This document shows, in pieces, positions 25,914 to 36,479 of a stretch of DNA of 64,000 nt; position 1 is the stretch's first letter; every line of letters starts with the position of its first letter. This stretch comes from Hormiphora californensis. Its lineage: Eukaryota > Animalia > Ctenophora. The translations under genes were made by a program, and so were the position numbers. The stretch covers positions 1-64,000 of the forward strand of contig CM035353.1 in assembly GCA_020137815.1 (NCBI GenBank). Reading direction: 5' to 3'. Under the pieces are notes generated by a model. It worked only from the letters and a program-made list of their open reading frames with translations. It had not been told where the DNA came from and made no database searches.

Positions 25914-26296
25914 TAGTAATATAATAGTTGTAACAGATAATGATTAATAAAGTTAATAAAGTTAATAAATTAAGTAATGTAATAAGTTAATAAGATAACG
26001 ATAGTAATAATGGTTAATTAAGCTATGTAATGTAGTAGAGGAAAGCTACATTACTAGGCTATAGTAAAAATAGTAAAAAAAGATTATTTTCACGGAATCA
26101 CACGTAATTTAAATTTTAAGACGAAAATTTAAGATTTAGAAGTAGTAAACTTAAGACTAATTTAGGACTAATTTAAGACTTAATTAAGACTAATTCAAGA
26201 CTAATTTAAGACTAATTAGAGACTAATTTATGACTATGAAGCTTGGATAACTAATTTATCTACTAAATAAAGTATAAACTTACGATAGCTGCTACG

Positions 26297-29200
26297 TTAC
26301 GTCAATAGATTATCATCAAATGTAGAATTCTCTAATATATGTGCTACTAGCATTCTGAACTTGCGTTTCACGTTTTTGTCTTGACAAAATATTAAGGGGA
26401 TACGGTAGTTTAATTCGTAGATGGCTAAAGAGCTAAGCTCCTGTCTTAGAGCAGACACTGCCCCTGCAGATACACATTCAAATAGTTTGTGGTAAGATGA
26501 GTCGGGCAACAACCCACACTCTAGGCATGTCGGAACGGACACCGTGCTGTCATGCTGCAGATACCGGAACGCAAAGTTCTGAAAACGTAGATTATGACCG
26601 TGAGTGAAGTCGATAATCGCCGTAGATTCTCCTCTACTGAGAGCTCGATGGAGAAGAGGGGTGAGAACAACCTCCCTTGTGTTGACCAGTCTTCTCAAGT
26701 CCTCCACCGTGTGACTAGGTTCCAGCGTATATTCATCGGTTTTGAAAAGGTGTTCCATTTGTTGTTTGACGGTATCATCCCACAGTTTGTATCCGTAGTC
26801 GTCTATTTCTCCTTTGGTGTACAATAGCTGATCTCGCTCATAGTTTATCAAGTCACATCTTCTGAGAAAGCTCCTTCTTCTCGTAGCTGCCGGAACATTA
26901 GCATCTGTACTCTCCTGATCCTGGTCCTCCACCCATCGGAGATAGCATTTGGTCATGGTTAGATGATGTGCGAACTTATGGTACGGTTCCGAGTCAATTT
27001 GTAGAAGTTTGGCACTGATGCTATCCTCAGCTAGCAACCCTTTCAGCACAAATTTGATCGTCAGAATCCTCAAGGTGACTGCAAGAGGTGGTACTGTTGT
27101 GAGAAGGTCTCCTATCATGTTTGGGACATGAAACTGACTTCCCAGGATTTTCAGCTTGGCTCGAGCCATAAGGTCTTTAAAGCTTGATATCCGGTCTTCC
27201 AGCCAGAGAGGGGCCGCGTATAGTAGCTTCGTAAGCACCACTGTTTTGAAAAGTAAAGCCAACGAAGTACTATTCAGTCCATCCGTTCTAGTTGTGGATG
27301 TCGAGAGTCTACTCCATGCAAACCAGCATTTCTTTAAGGTAAAGGACGCATGTTGTTGAAAGTTCAGGTCTTTGTCTAGATAAACGCCCAAAACCTTGCT
27401 GGAATCTGCATGTAAAATTTCTTCATTGCCGAGGTAGAATTTTGAAAGTACTGTCGGTGGTTCTGATCTTTTAGGACGAACAACAAGGATTTCAGTCTTG
27501 TCTTTTCCACAGTTCACCACCAGCCGCCAAGTCCTACACCATTCGTGGATGTATTGTAGTACTCTTTGCATAGATGATTCACATTCTTTGTCTGTACCAG
27601 TGATAACTACAGTTCCATCGTCTGCAAATTTGAATGTTTCAGTGTGGTGACGAATATCAGTTGGTAAGTTTCTCGTAGTCAGAAGATCTCCGATGTAAAG
27701 GATAAATAGGAGAGGCGAAAGTACTGCTCCTTGTGGTAATCCTGTGGTTCCACAGATTCTGGCTCGTCCCACCTTTCCGTTTATCTTCAAACTGACCAAT
27801 CGGTTGCTAAGCATAGAATGGAGTAATTTCAGGATTCTGCCACGTACTCCTAAGCGATGGATTTTGTAGATGAGGAGAGGAATCGGCACACTGTCAAAGG
27901 CCTTCTCGAAATCTATCAGCAAAAGATAGGCGGTTGCCTTTCTCCTACGGTTTTCATGTAGAGTTGCCAGCATTCGGTATAGATATCGAGTACAGCTCCG
28001 GTTTGGTAGAAATCCTTCCTGTTCATCTTCGAGCAACGTTTCGCTATAGCAATGGTCCCTCATTCTTCGGTCTAACACCCTCTCAAAAAGTTTACCGATG
28101 TACATACTGATGGTGATAGGGCGGAAGGACCCCGGTTTGAGATATGAGCTCTTTCCTGCTTTCTTGATGAAGGAAACCGTTGATGCTCTCCAGGGCCATA
28201 CTGAACACTTCAAACACAAATCGAATAATTCGGCTAGAAAGTTTACTGCCCGACCTCCCATATGTTTCAGAGTTCTCGGGTGAACCCCATCTCCATCCGC
28301 TGCCTTTCCACTCCAATCCTGTGCTGAGATCGCCTGTTCCACTTCTCTTCGTTCCACTTTGCTATTCAGTAGGTTCTCCTCTCCAGGTTCCTCGTCCGTT
28401 AAATCCACTGATATGATGTCCTCCACTTGCCTGCATATCCGCCTGTACTCCTCTTCATCGAAGTCCCTGTTCTTGAGGTGTTCCCCTTCAAAGTACGTCC
28501 TAAACAGTATATCTTCTTTTTCTGATTGACTGTGTTTCAGGGTGCCTTCAAAATCCAAACACCCTATGAAATTTTCCTCTTGGGCCAAGAACAATCCTCT
28601 GTAGCGCTTCCAGAAAAGATTACTGTCGTGCACATTTAACCCTTGAAGTCGTTCATGTATCCACTTGTTCTTACTCTTAATCAGCGTCTCCTTGAAGATG
28701 GCTTTCGCTGCTTCCACGAGTTCTTTATTCCGAGTTGTTCGCCTGAATTGATAGTGTCGTAGAGCTCCTTGGAGATTTTTTGATAGTCCCGACAGTTCAT
28801 GTGTCCAGAATGGTTTGCTATATCGACAGATAGTCTTCTTCGAGATGAATAGTTCACATGCTTCTCTATGTATCCTCAGAAACTCCTTGTACAAGTCCTC
28901 TGGATCTTCAGTTCCACGTATTTCCGGAAGATGACGCTCTAAAAATTCCTTCCACTCGTCCCACTCTGCTTCCTCGTAGTTGAATACCCTCATCCGCTGT
29001 ATGTGTTTATTGACCTGACCAATTGTTATATGTACTGGTATGTGTCCTCGATCCGGCGCTCCAGTGAACAAACAAAGCCCTTCGTCCTGATCGACCCAAA
29101 GTCCCCTAAGTGGTCCAGAGTTGCCAAATATCAATGTGAGATCTATGACACTACCTCCTCCAGCGCATAGAAACGTATTCCTCATCGGTGATAAGATCCG

Positions 29201-29692
29201 GGCCCCCTGCTGGTTACAAAATGTCTCTAGTAGATGACCATTGCTGTTGTAAAGTCTATCGCCCCAAGCTTGTCCTCTCGCGTTAAAGTCCCCCATGACT
29301 TGGAGAGTAGCAACCCCGTTTGCATAACAGTATCTCCAAGCCTCTTGAATGGTGCTTAGTAGTCTGCTGAGGTCCGACGACGGGCTACTGTATACCGAAG
29401 CATACATCACAGGTCGCTTTGAAGGTGTTGCAATCACGAAAACAGCTGCAACACCCTTTACTTCTAAACTGGGAATTCTCTGAGGATAGAACGACTTATC
29501 AACCGAGATGGTGACACCTTGATCGTCTGCAACTCCAAAAGTTCGTAGGTTTTTGAAAACGTCCTCGTTTGGTACCGTACCGGTTTCCTGCAGTGCCAGT
29601 ACCGTGATGTTTCTATCGGAACAATAGTGGTCAATCGCTGTACTGGAATGAGAAGAGAGGCCCGAAATATTTAGTTGACAGATACTAACCAT
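26297..29692 (-). CDS. LINE-A ORF2: AP endonuclease + reverse transcriptase + C-terminal CCHC
   Basis: 1131-aa intact ORF: QLNISGL, LQET, GDFNA, IDLT, DRGH, IDFEKAFDSV, GLPQGAVLSPLLF, FADD, CLECG..YHKLFEC. Confidence 0.95.
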   Translation of the reverse strand: MVSICQLNISGLSSHSSTAIDHYCSDRNITVLALQETGTVPNEDVFKNLRTFGVADDQGVTISVDKSFYPQRIPSLEVKGVAAVFVIATPSKRPVMYASVYSSPSSDLSRLLSTIQEAWRYCYANGVATLQVMGDFNARGQAWGDRLYNSNGHLLETFCNQQGARILSPMRNTFLCAGGGSVIDLTLIFGNSGPLRGLWVDQDEGLCLFTGAPDRGHIPVHITIGQVNKHIQRMRVFNYEEAEWDEWKEFLERHLPEIRGTEDPEDLYKEFLRIHREACELFISKKTICRYSKPFWTHELSGLSKNLQGALRHYQFRRTTRNKELVEAAKAIFKETLIKSKNKWIHERLQGLNVHDSNLFWKRYRGLFLAQEENFIGCLDFEGTLKHSQSEKEDILFRTYFEGEHLKNRDFDEEEYRRICRQVEDIISVDLTDEEPGEENLLNSKVERREVEQAISAQDWSGKAADGDGVHPRTLKHMGGRAVNFLAELFDLCLKCSVWPWRASTVSFIKKAGKSSYLKPGSFRPITISMYIGKLFERVLDRRMRDHCYSETLLEDEQEGFLPNRSCTRYLYRMLATLHENRRRKATAYLLLIDFEKAFDSVPIPLLIYKIHRLGVRGRILKLLHSMLSNRLVSLKINGKVGRARICGTTGLPQGAVLSPLLFILYIGDLLTTRNLPTDIRHHTETFKFADDGTVVITGTDKECESSMQRVLQYIHEWCRTWRLVVNCGKDKTEILVVRPKRSEPPTVLSKFYLGNEEILHADSSKVLGVYLDKDLNFQQHASFTLKKCWFAWSRLSTSTTRTDGLNSTSLALLFKTVVLTKLLYAAPLWLEDRISSFKDLMARAKLKILGSQFHVPNMIGDLLTTVPPLAVTLRILTIKFVLKGLLAEDSISAKLLQIDSEPYHKFAHHLTMTKCYLRWVEDQDQESTDANVPAATRRRSFLRRCDLINYERDQLLYTKGEIDDYGYKLWDDTVKQQMEHLFKTDEYTLEPSHTVEDLRRLVNTREVVLTPLLHRALSRGESTAIIDFTHGHNLRFQNFAFRYLQHDSTVSVPTCLECGLLPDSSYHKLFECVSAGAVSALRQELSSLAIYELNYRIPLIFCQDKNVKRKFRMLVAHILENSTFDDNLLT

Positions 29693-30257
29693 GATGAAGA
29701 TCGTTTTGATGGGCAGTATATACTGGACAGGTTGTACTGTTGGAGTTGTGATTTCCTGTGCAGTGGATACACTTGGCCTCGGCTTGACAGGGATCCGCTG
29801 TATGCGTGCTTACCCTCTCACCACATTGAACGCAGGCCTCGTTGTTATTGCACCATGCGGTCCAGTGCCCGTATTTCCAACACTTTCGACATTGGAGCGG
29901 TTTGATCACCCGTCTGTCGATATACTCACGTATACGGAAGTGCCTTGTGTCTATGTTTAGTCCCATAGTTATAGCCTTATTCCTCAGATCTTCCGATTCA
30001 AAGATTAGCCGTACAGAGTATCTTGGGTTTCCATTGTTATCAGTGAATCTGTAAACTTTTGGCGTTGTTCCCAGTTCTTCCGAGCAGGCTTCCATAATCT
30101 CAGTATCAGAGACTTCTAGAGGAACATGATCCATAACTGCCTTTTGACTCGGACCTGTGTTAGCGAGGATGACGGCTGAGGTTTTAGTCCCTTCACCCCC
30201 AAAGAATTTAGGTTGCCACCCGTCAACCACCTTATGTGCATCTGCAGGGGATGTCAA
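29685..30257 (-). CDS. LINE-A ORF1 (gag-like, zinc knuckles), N-terminally truncated
   Basis: QCRKCWKYGHWTAWC, CVQCG..H..C, CIHCTGNH..C; overlaps the ORF2 start by 8 nt. Confidence 0.85.
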   Translation of the reverse strand: MTSPADAHKVVDGWQPKFFGGEGTKTSAVILANTGPSQKAVMDHVPLEVSDTEIMEACSEELGTTPKVYRFTDNNGNPRYSVRLIFESEDLRNKAITMGLNIDTRHFRIREYIDRRVIKPLQCRKCWKYGHWTAWCNNNEACVQCGERVSTHTADPCQAEAKCIHCTGNHNSNSTTCPVYTAHQNDLHHG

Positions 30258-30752
30258 TTGATTTGATTTGTAAAAGGATAAAAATCAATATAATACACAA
30301 TGTATATAATAAAGATAATATCCCGGCTGGCTCCTATTGACGGGATGACAATATTGATGGAGCGCTTACACCTCAAGTATAGATTTAAAACACACACCGA
30401 CAGCTCTCACATGCACACTCTACAGACAAACAAACTTGTAATACAGTATACTTTTTAATGATAAGGTAAGTTTAATAATTTAGTTAAATGGAATTTTAAT
30501 TTAAGTATATAAAAACCCCCAGAACCCTTCCAACCCCCGGTCATTTAGTTGTATGTCTTGGTTCTGTCTGTTCCTAATTTGTCTTATATGCTGAGATGAT
30601 TGTCCTAAACAAAACATGCTCCTCGGCTGTGTCGGCAAATTCCTCATCATCGTTTCAAACCCACCAGCACAACATCAAACAAGAAACCAGAATGAACTAA
30701 ACCATGCATTTCACCTAATTTTAAATTTTAAATTTGCCGACACAGCCGGGAA

Positions 30753-33700
30753 TTAAATATTCTCTAACAAATGCTCACCAAGCCTAGTACAAAAGTCATC
30801 ATGCTCTACAATATGTCGCATATCCGTGGGCAGCTTGTTCCACTCCTTATGACAGCGGTAGAAGTAACTGTGAACGAAAGTATCAGACCTAGGTTGTTCA
30901 GTACAGATTATATCTGTCGAGTCTCTGTTATTTTGTAGTCTTGTGCATCGTCTATAGTCAGAAATGTGGTCGTACTTGTGCAAAAATGATGGTAGTAATG
31001 TTGGCGTCGTGCCATAAAATATTCTGTGAAACAGTTTTAAATCACTAAATAGAAACTTCTCTGAGATAGGTAGTAAGTTACATTGTTTGAGCTTTGACAT
31101 GTATGTTTCATGGTCATAGCTAACATCTTCTTCATTATTAACCCATTTTACAGCCCTTTTTTGGAGCTTCTCAAACTTCATAAGCCCAGCATCGCTAACT
31201 GGACGCCAGACTTGACAGCAATGCTCAAAAAGCGACCTAACTAAACTAATATACAGGGTCCTACGCTTGTGACAAGAATCAATCAGTGTGCAGACTCGTT
31301 TCACTAATCCTAGTCGCTGTGAGAATTTTGAAAGTGTTTTGTTCTGGTGCTCAGTAAAAGATAGCTTCTGGGTAGTATGCACCCCTAAATCAGTTTCACT
31401 AGAGTGCCTATTTATTTCAGAATTACCCAAAAAGTACCTAATATCCAATGGGCTGCGCTTGTGAGTGCACCTAAGTAGTTTACATTTGTTAGGATGGAAT
31501 TTCATACGGTTCACCGCAGCCCACTGGAGGAGACTATCTATATCGACTTGCAAACTATCGTCTTCAGACTCAACAACCCTCCACATCTTAAGATCATCAG
31601 CATAGAGCATTACACTGGTACCATCCCTGACGGAATCAACTATATCATTAATAAATAATACAAACAAGAAAGGTCCTAAGATCGATCCTTGTGGCACTCC
31701 ACTATCTACGCTCGCCCAGTTAGAAAACTCACCATCTAGTAGAACTCTTTAGTCTTTGTTGTCTACCAGACAAATAAGCCATTAAAAACCTGAGCATCCT
31801 ACCATTAATATCAAACCTTTCTTTCAACTTTTTAATAATAACATCATGCGAAACACTATCGAAAGCCTTTTGAAAATCAAAAAATATTATATCAGTCTGA
31901 CACTTATTGTTGATGTTAAGTGCCATCTCACAGTTAAATTCAATCAATTGTGAAGCACATGATTTATGTGGAACAAATCCATGTTGCTTTGGAGTGACTT
32001 TTTCGAGGCAAGCTTTGTACAGCCGTTCTCGAATTAAGTCTTCAAATACCTTCATAACTAAAGATGTGAGAGAGATCGGGCGGTAATTTTCCACGTTTGA
32101 TCGGTCTCCCTTTTGTAGACGGGGACAACGTTTGCATTTTTCCATTCTTTTGGTATATCACCCGTACTATAAGCCTTATTAAATATAAGAGTCAAAGGAT
32201 AAGCCAATGACTGACTACAATTTTTCAAAACAATACCTGCAATATTATCAGGACCACATGTTTTTGAACTATCGATCTTCTTTAGAATACCAACAACTGC
32301 ATCCATACGGAATATCTCATGGTTGAAGTCGTTAGTATGATTTCTGAGTAAGTCGACCGACTCGTTGTACACACTGGGATCAGTAAACTGGTCACAGAAA
32401 AACTCATTAAACATCTCACACTTTCTATTGCTATCATTCTCAAATCTGCTAGATAGGTGGACAGAATCAGGGATTCTGGTGCTACTACTCTTAGACTTAA
32501 CGTGCTTAAAGAACATCTTAGAAACATGTGCGGAGGAAGGGTTCTCGTGTAGTGTTGAAACCTCAAGAAAACTTGCCTCCTTAGCATTAACTTCATCTCG
32601 ATACTGCGTCTCAAGAGTAGCGAATTCTCTTTTAAGCTCGCTATTTTCTGGGTGCTTAATAGACAACTTTCTAGACTTATCAAGTGATTTCTTTAGCTGT
32701 CTCAATTCATCATCGTACCATGGTGGTTGTGATCCAATTTTCACATTAACCATGGGCACGTGATTCCGAAGAGCAATGTCTAGTCTAGATTTAAAAAATT
32801 CAAGAGAACTCTCAGCTGACCTATTGGCCAACGAATTGAGCCAGTCTACGCCCAAAAGCTCCTTATTCAGACTTTTCCAATCAGCTTTTCTATAACAAAA
32901 CTTTTTAACCTTTTTGTATTTTGGTCTAGATTTCTTCACACTGATCTCAAACTTCAGGGCGCAGTGATCCGATCTCACCAACCCACCCTCCTCGATAGAT
33001 ATATTTGAGAAAGCAGAAGGTGTGTTAGTCAGTATCAGATCCAAAATGTTCCCATCCCTGTGCGTTGGCTCGTTTACTAACGAGTTCTGGCCCAGAGACG
33101 CAAACAGATGGATGAAGTCCTCATGCACCCCGACATTTGAAACAGGAGATTCCCAATCTTTAACAGAACTGAGATTTAGGTCACCCACAATAGTGAGATT
33201 TTTATATTTTCTAGTAAGTAATGTGTAGTAACGCTCCGCTTCAGAGCAGAAATCAGACCCAGAGTAGTCATATCTATACAGTGTTGATAGACATACCTGC
33301 GCCGAATTCCTAGGCTTCAGAAGGACTGAGACAGAGGGTAGCCAAGTCTTCGTCTTAACTTCCTCGACCTCTAAACCAATGTCATTCCTACACATTATCA
33401 TGACACCTCCTCCACCTTTCTTACAATACTTAGTCATATCTTCAACAGTCCTATCTTTTCTAAATATTGTGTAATACTTGTCAGATACAATTTCAGCATC
33501 CTGAACATACTTACTCAGCCAAGTCTCGTTTAGCACAACAATATCGGGAGAGTAAGTGAACAAGTAGGCTTTGATGTCTCTCAACTTAGGTTCCATAAGT
33601 TGAGGACTATCACTTCCTATCGAGTGCATCTTAACAAGTCCATTAACATTACAATACACAACATTCAGTTTTGATTTCATATCATTTGGCCCAGGATTTT

Positions 33701-34202
33701 TAACATCTGGGTGGTTCCTAACAAGTAAAGTTCTAGAAACTGAGGATACATACTTTGATAGTGTATCAAAACAGTATCTCAGTGACCTAGAAAATAACAA
33801 AACAATACTTTTACACTTACCGATACGCTTACCTACTTTGGTTGACATGAAATACTTCGCCATAACAATGGTAAACACACTGTTAGCGTACCACACAATC
33901 TGCATGCTAAACCAACATTCACTCTTATCTCTTCTGAATCTCAGACAGTTCTCAGAGGATGATGGTGGACTTAGTCCAATCATAGATCCTATGAGAGCAG
34001 TTATTAGCACACAATAGCAGGTGATGATAATCAATTGTGAGAGATTAGAATGTGATGTCTTTCCGTTAGGTCTATATGTTCTTGTCTTGTCAGGTTTTGT
34101 CTTAGTAGTCATACCTCTTCCCCCCGCAAACCTCCCAATACTTTGTCGATACTGCTCAGAGCTAATCAGTTTGGTACTTCTTATTGGGACAGTTGTAACC
34201 AC
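30753..34202 (-). pseudogene. LINE-B ORF2 (APE + RT), broken by two frameshifts
   Basis: Pieces 34202-32058, 32145-31729, 31697-30753: LNETWL, GDLN, RSDH, NYRPISLTS, DFQKAFDSV, PQGSILGP, YADD. Confidence 0.9.
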
Positions 34203-34447
34203 AGGTTCACGTCTCGCGGCAGGGATAGGAGATATAAGGGTAAGGGAAAAAAAGGGGGGTTGTTGTTGTGCTAAAAATGTTAAAAATGCTAAAAAAGGGG
34301 GGGGGGGGGGGTGGGGGCTGAGACGAGTAAAAATCAGTAAGACAATTTACCCGGTCCCCAATCTATCAATAAATTATTATTATCATAAATTCAGCTTGAA
34401 AACTATAAATTCAGCTAGAACATCAGCATAAAGCGGGAAAACGTACA

Positions 34448-35481
34448 GCTACACACACTCAATCGATATCAGATCTGTGAGTAGGGCATAACCATACTTG
34501 TTCAAGTGAACACCATCCCTGCTGAACAAAGACTCATTCTATGAGCAATGAACCCCTAGTGGTAGGTTTAAATTGGTCTACTGGCATGTTAGGATAATTT
34601 AAATTAAATTCAGTCAAGATTAAATGTCCCTGTGCTAAATATCTATTATAATTAACCACCCCTCTCACTTGTACAGTCCGTTTTGGATCACATCTCGACT
34701 TCCCTACTTCTCTCGTTCCCTCAGGCATCTTAGGCCTCACCGTTCCACCGATTGACTGTCCCATGGTGTTCACTCTTCCGGCATCTTGCCATGTTGAATC
34801 ATTGGCTGGTTCACGGATCGGGACGTCCCTGCGACGGGCTGGGCTGAATGTTACATTGTTTGAGCTCACAGCAGATGTTGTACTAGCAGTGTTCAAAGGA
34901 GGAGTCAAGTAACTCTTGTTCAATGATTTACCGACTTCCTCTACAATATTGGTGTTTATATCGGTAAGAAACGCGGTAACTTTGCCTATCATGGCCTGCT
35001 CAAAGTTTTCTAAACGATCGTCCAATATCTTCTGGGTAAGCAGTGAAGGCTCCTCGTTTTGAATCGTACAGTCAAGTTCATTCTTCCTACATTCAGGGCA
35101 GAACCATGCTAGTCCTTCGTGATCGGAAATAACTGCACATGTTCTGTCGTCCTCCAGTATCTCAGAGCATGCACTGTTTCGGCATTTGACGGTAAGGTCT
35201 CCACTAACAGTTGGCGGTGCAATGGGGGTGATGTCACGCTGATCGTCTATAAGTTCTTCAGTTAACTGGTACGCATTCTTCAGCACTTCCAGGATTAATA
35301 GCCTTGTGGGCTTGCCACTCGAAGGGATTGGAGTACCTTTGGTCACATAGGTCATAAGGTCAAGCGTTTCCAGGTTAGACTTCAGGGCCAAGAATTTGTC
35401 ATGGCGCAGTTGCAGCTCACCTGGGGTCCTTGATTTCATCGTCCCAGGCGTTTCGTTACTGCCCATAACGGGCGGGCCCAT
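34448..35481 (-). pseudogene. LINE-B ORF1 (PHD-like WFCPEC, coiled coil, RRM-like; SGNH esterase mostly deleted)
   Basis: First ATG at 35481. After the ORF stop a second frame reads SLFSRDGVHLNKYGYALL (esterase DxxH motif). Confidence 0.7.
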
Positions 35482-35497
35482 GTATTTGTTCCTAAAA

Positions 35498-35536
35498 CTC
35501 AATAAATAGTTTTACGTTGTAGTTGATGAAAGTTGT
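35498..35536 (-). other. Spliced-leader-like 39-mer (ACAACTTTCATCAACTACAACGTAAAACTATTTATTGAG) at the LINE-B 5' terminus
   Basis: Lies exactly between the insertion junction and a point 16 nt before the ORF1 ATG. It ends in TTGAG, is not followed by a GT donor, and resembles ctenophore SL exons as I recall them. Confidence 0.65.
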
Positions 35537-35628
35537 ATAGACAATGACTGCACGAATGCCTGTTTTCTCCAGGAATTTAGCTAGTTTTTTCTTGGATAAT
35601 CACCTTCATTCGCGTGACTAAAAGGTAG

Positions 35629-36479
35629 TAAAGTCCGTTTCAAGCGACTTGACCCGTAATTCTTGGAATTTGGCGCATTATTATTATTTTTATTAAATCT
35701 GTTTACAATAATTTGACACTGTCAATATTGCCCTCCTATTTGCGAGGAAAATGGAACTCTCTAGGTCTCTTTCACACTTTCTCAGCTGTCAGATCATACA
35801 AAAAATATAAAATGTCGATTAAAATACTGATTAGATAATGATTAAAATATATTGTAAATTGATTAAATAAGTTAGTTAAAAATTCACTCCGTGGAGTGCG
35901 ATTCGTACACAGTGTGTACGTCTCGGGTTGGTCAGTTATACATTTACAATTGATTAGAATATATACCCATTACACAAGCAGTTGATCCCCAAATAAAGAT
36001 TGTTCTATTACAGCTCTTACTAGCTTTCTAAAGTTCGATTTTACCTGCTTGTCTTTGGAGAAAATTAGTGGAAGATGGAAGTTCATTTCATAAGAAGATA
36101 TCACCCTTAGTTCCTCACGGGGCCCTTCCACATCTTTTATCGCAGAACATTCAAACAACTTATGGAATGTTGAATCTGGGAGTTGGCCACATTCAAGACA
36201 ATTGGGAACTGTAAGTGATCGCTCGTATCTCAGGTAACTGAAGCTGAAGTCTTGAAAACGTAAGGATCTGCCATGTACAAAGTCTAAGACCTGAGATGAG
36301 TTCTGTCGGGACATGTTTCTTGGGATTATGGGGAAATCCAAAGTGGCCTCTGAGTTGATAAGGTTGGCGAGTTCTTCTTGAGAGTGAATAGGAAGTATTG
36401 GCGCATTGCACGTGTATTTACAAAGGGGAAATCCTGAATTTCCAGGAATCTCAGGTCAAGTCGTTTGAAACGCACTTTA
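35629..36479. mobile_element. MITE with TAAAGT(C/G)CGTTTCAA(G/A)CGACTTGACC TIRs, interrupted by a LINE fragment
   Basis: Inverted termini at 35629 and 36479. Confidence 0.6.
35680..36397 (-). mobile_element. 5'-truncated LINE related to LINE-A
   Basis: ORF 35970-36341 is homologous to the LINE-A ORF2 C-terminus (CLECGQLPDSTFHKLFEC); (TAA)n tail; 10-bp TSD TTGGCGCATT at 35670-35679 and 36398-36407. Confidence 0.85.

Larger units (their letters stand above)
24013..30257 (-). mobile_element. I/Jockey-group LINE (LINE-A), 5'-truncated within ORF1
   Basis: ORF1 remnant with 3 zinc knuckles and an intact APE-RT ORF2. A-rich/(TAA)n 3' tail at 24013-24033. The 3' UTR is interrupted by DNA elements. 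Confidence 0.85.
30258..35537 (-). mobile_element. CR1/L2-group LINE (LINE-B), 5'-complete, with spliced-leader-like 5' end
   Basis: ORF1 (PHD-like, coiled coil, esterase remnant), frameshifted ORF2, (CAAAT)n 3' tail at 30258-30270. Confidence 0.85.

Noticed and set aside
30590-30660. Hammerhead ribozyme in the LINE-B 3' UTR
   Set aside because: TGATGA and GAAA-like words are in the wrong order and lack the required stems
35498-35537. SL RNA gene or SL-gene-targeted insertion
   Set aside because: No GT donor or Sm-site intron follows the leader at either end of the insertion; the flanks belong to a DNA repeat
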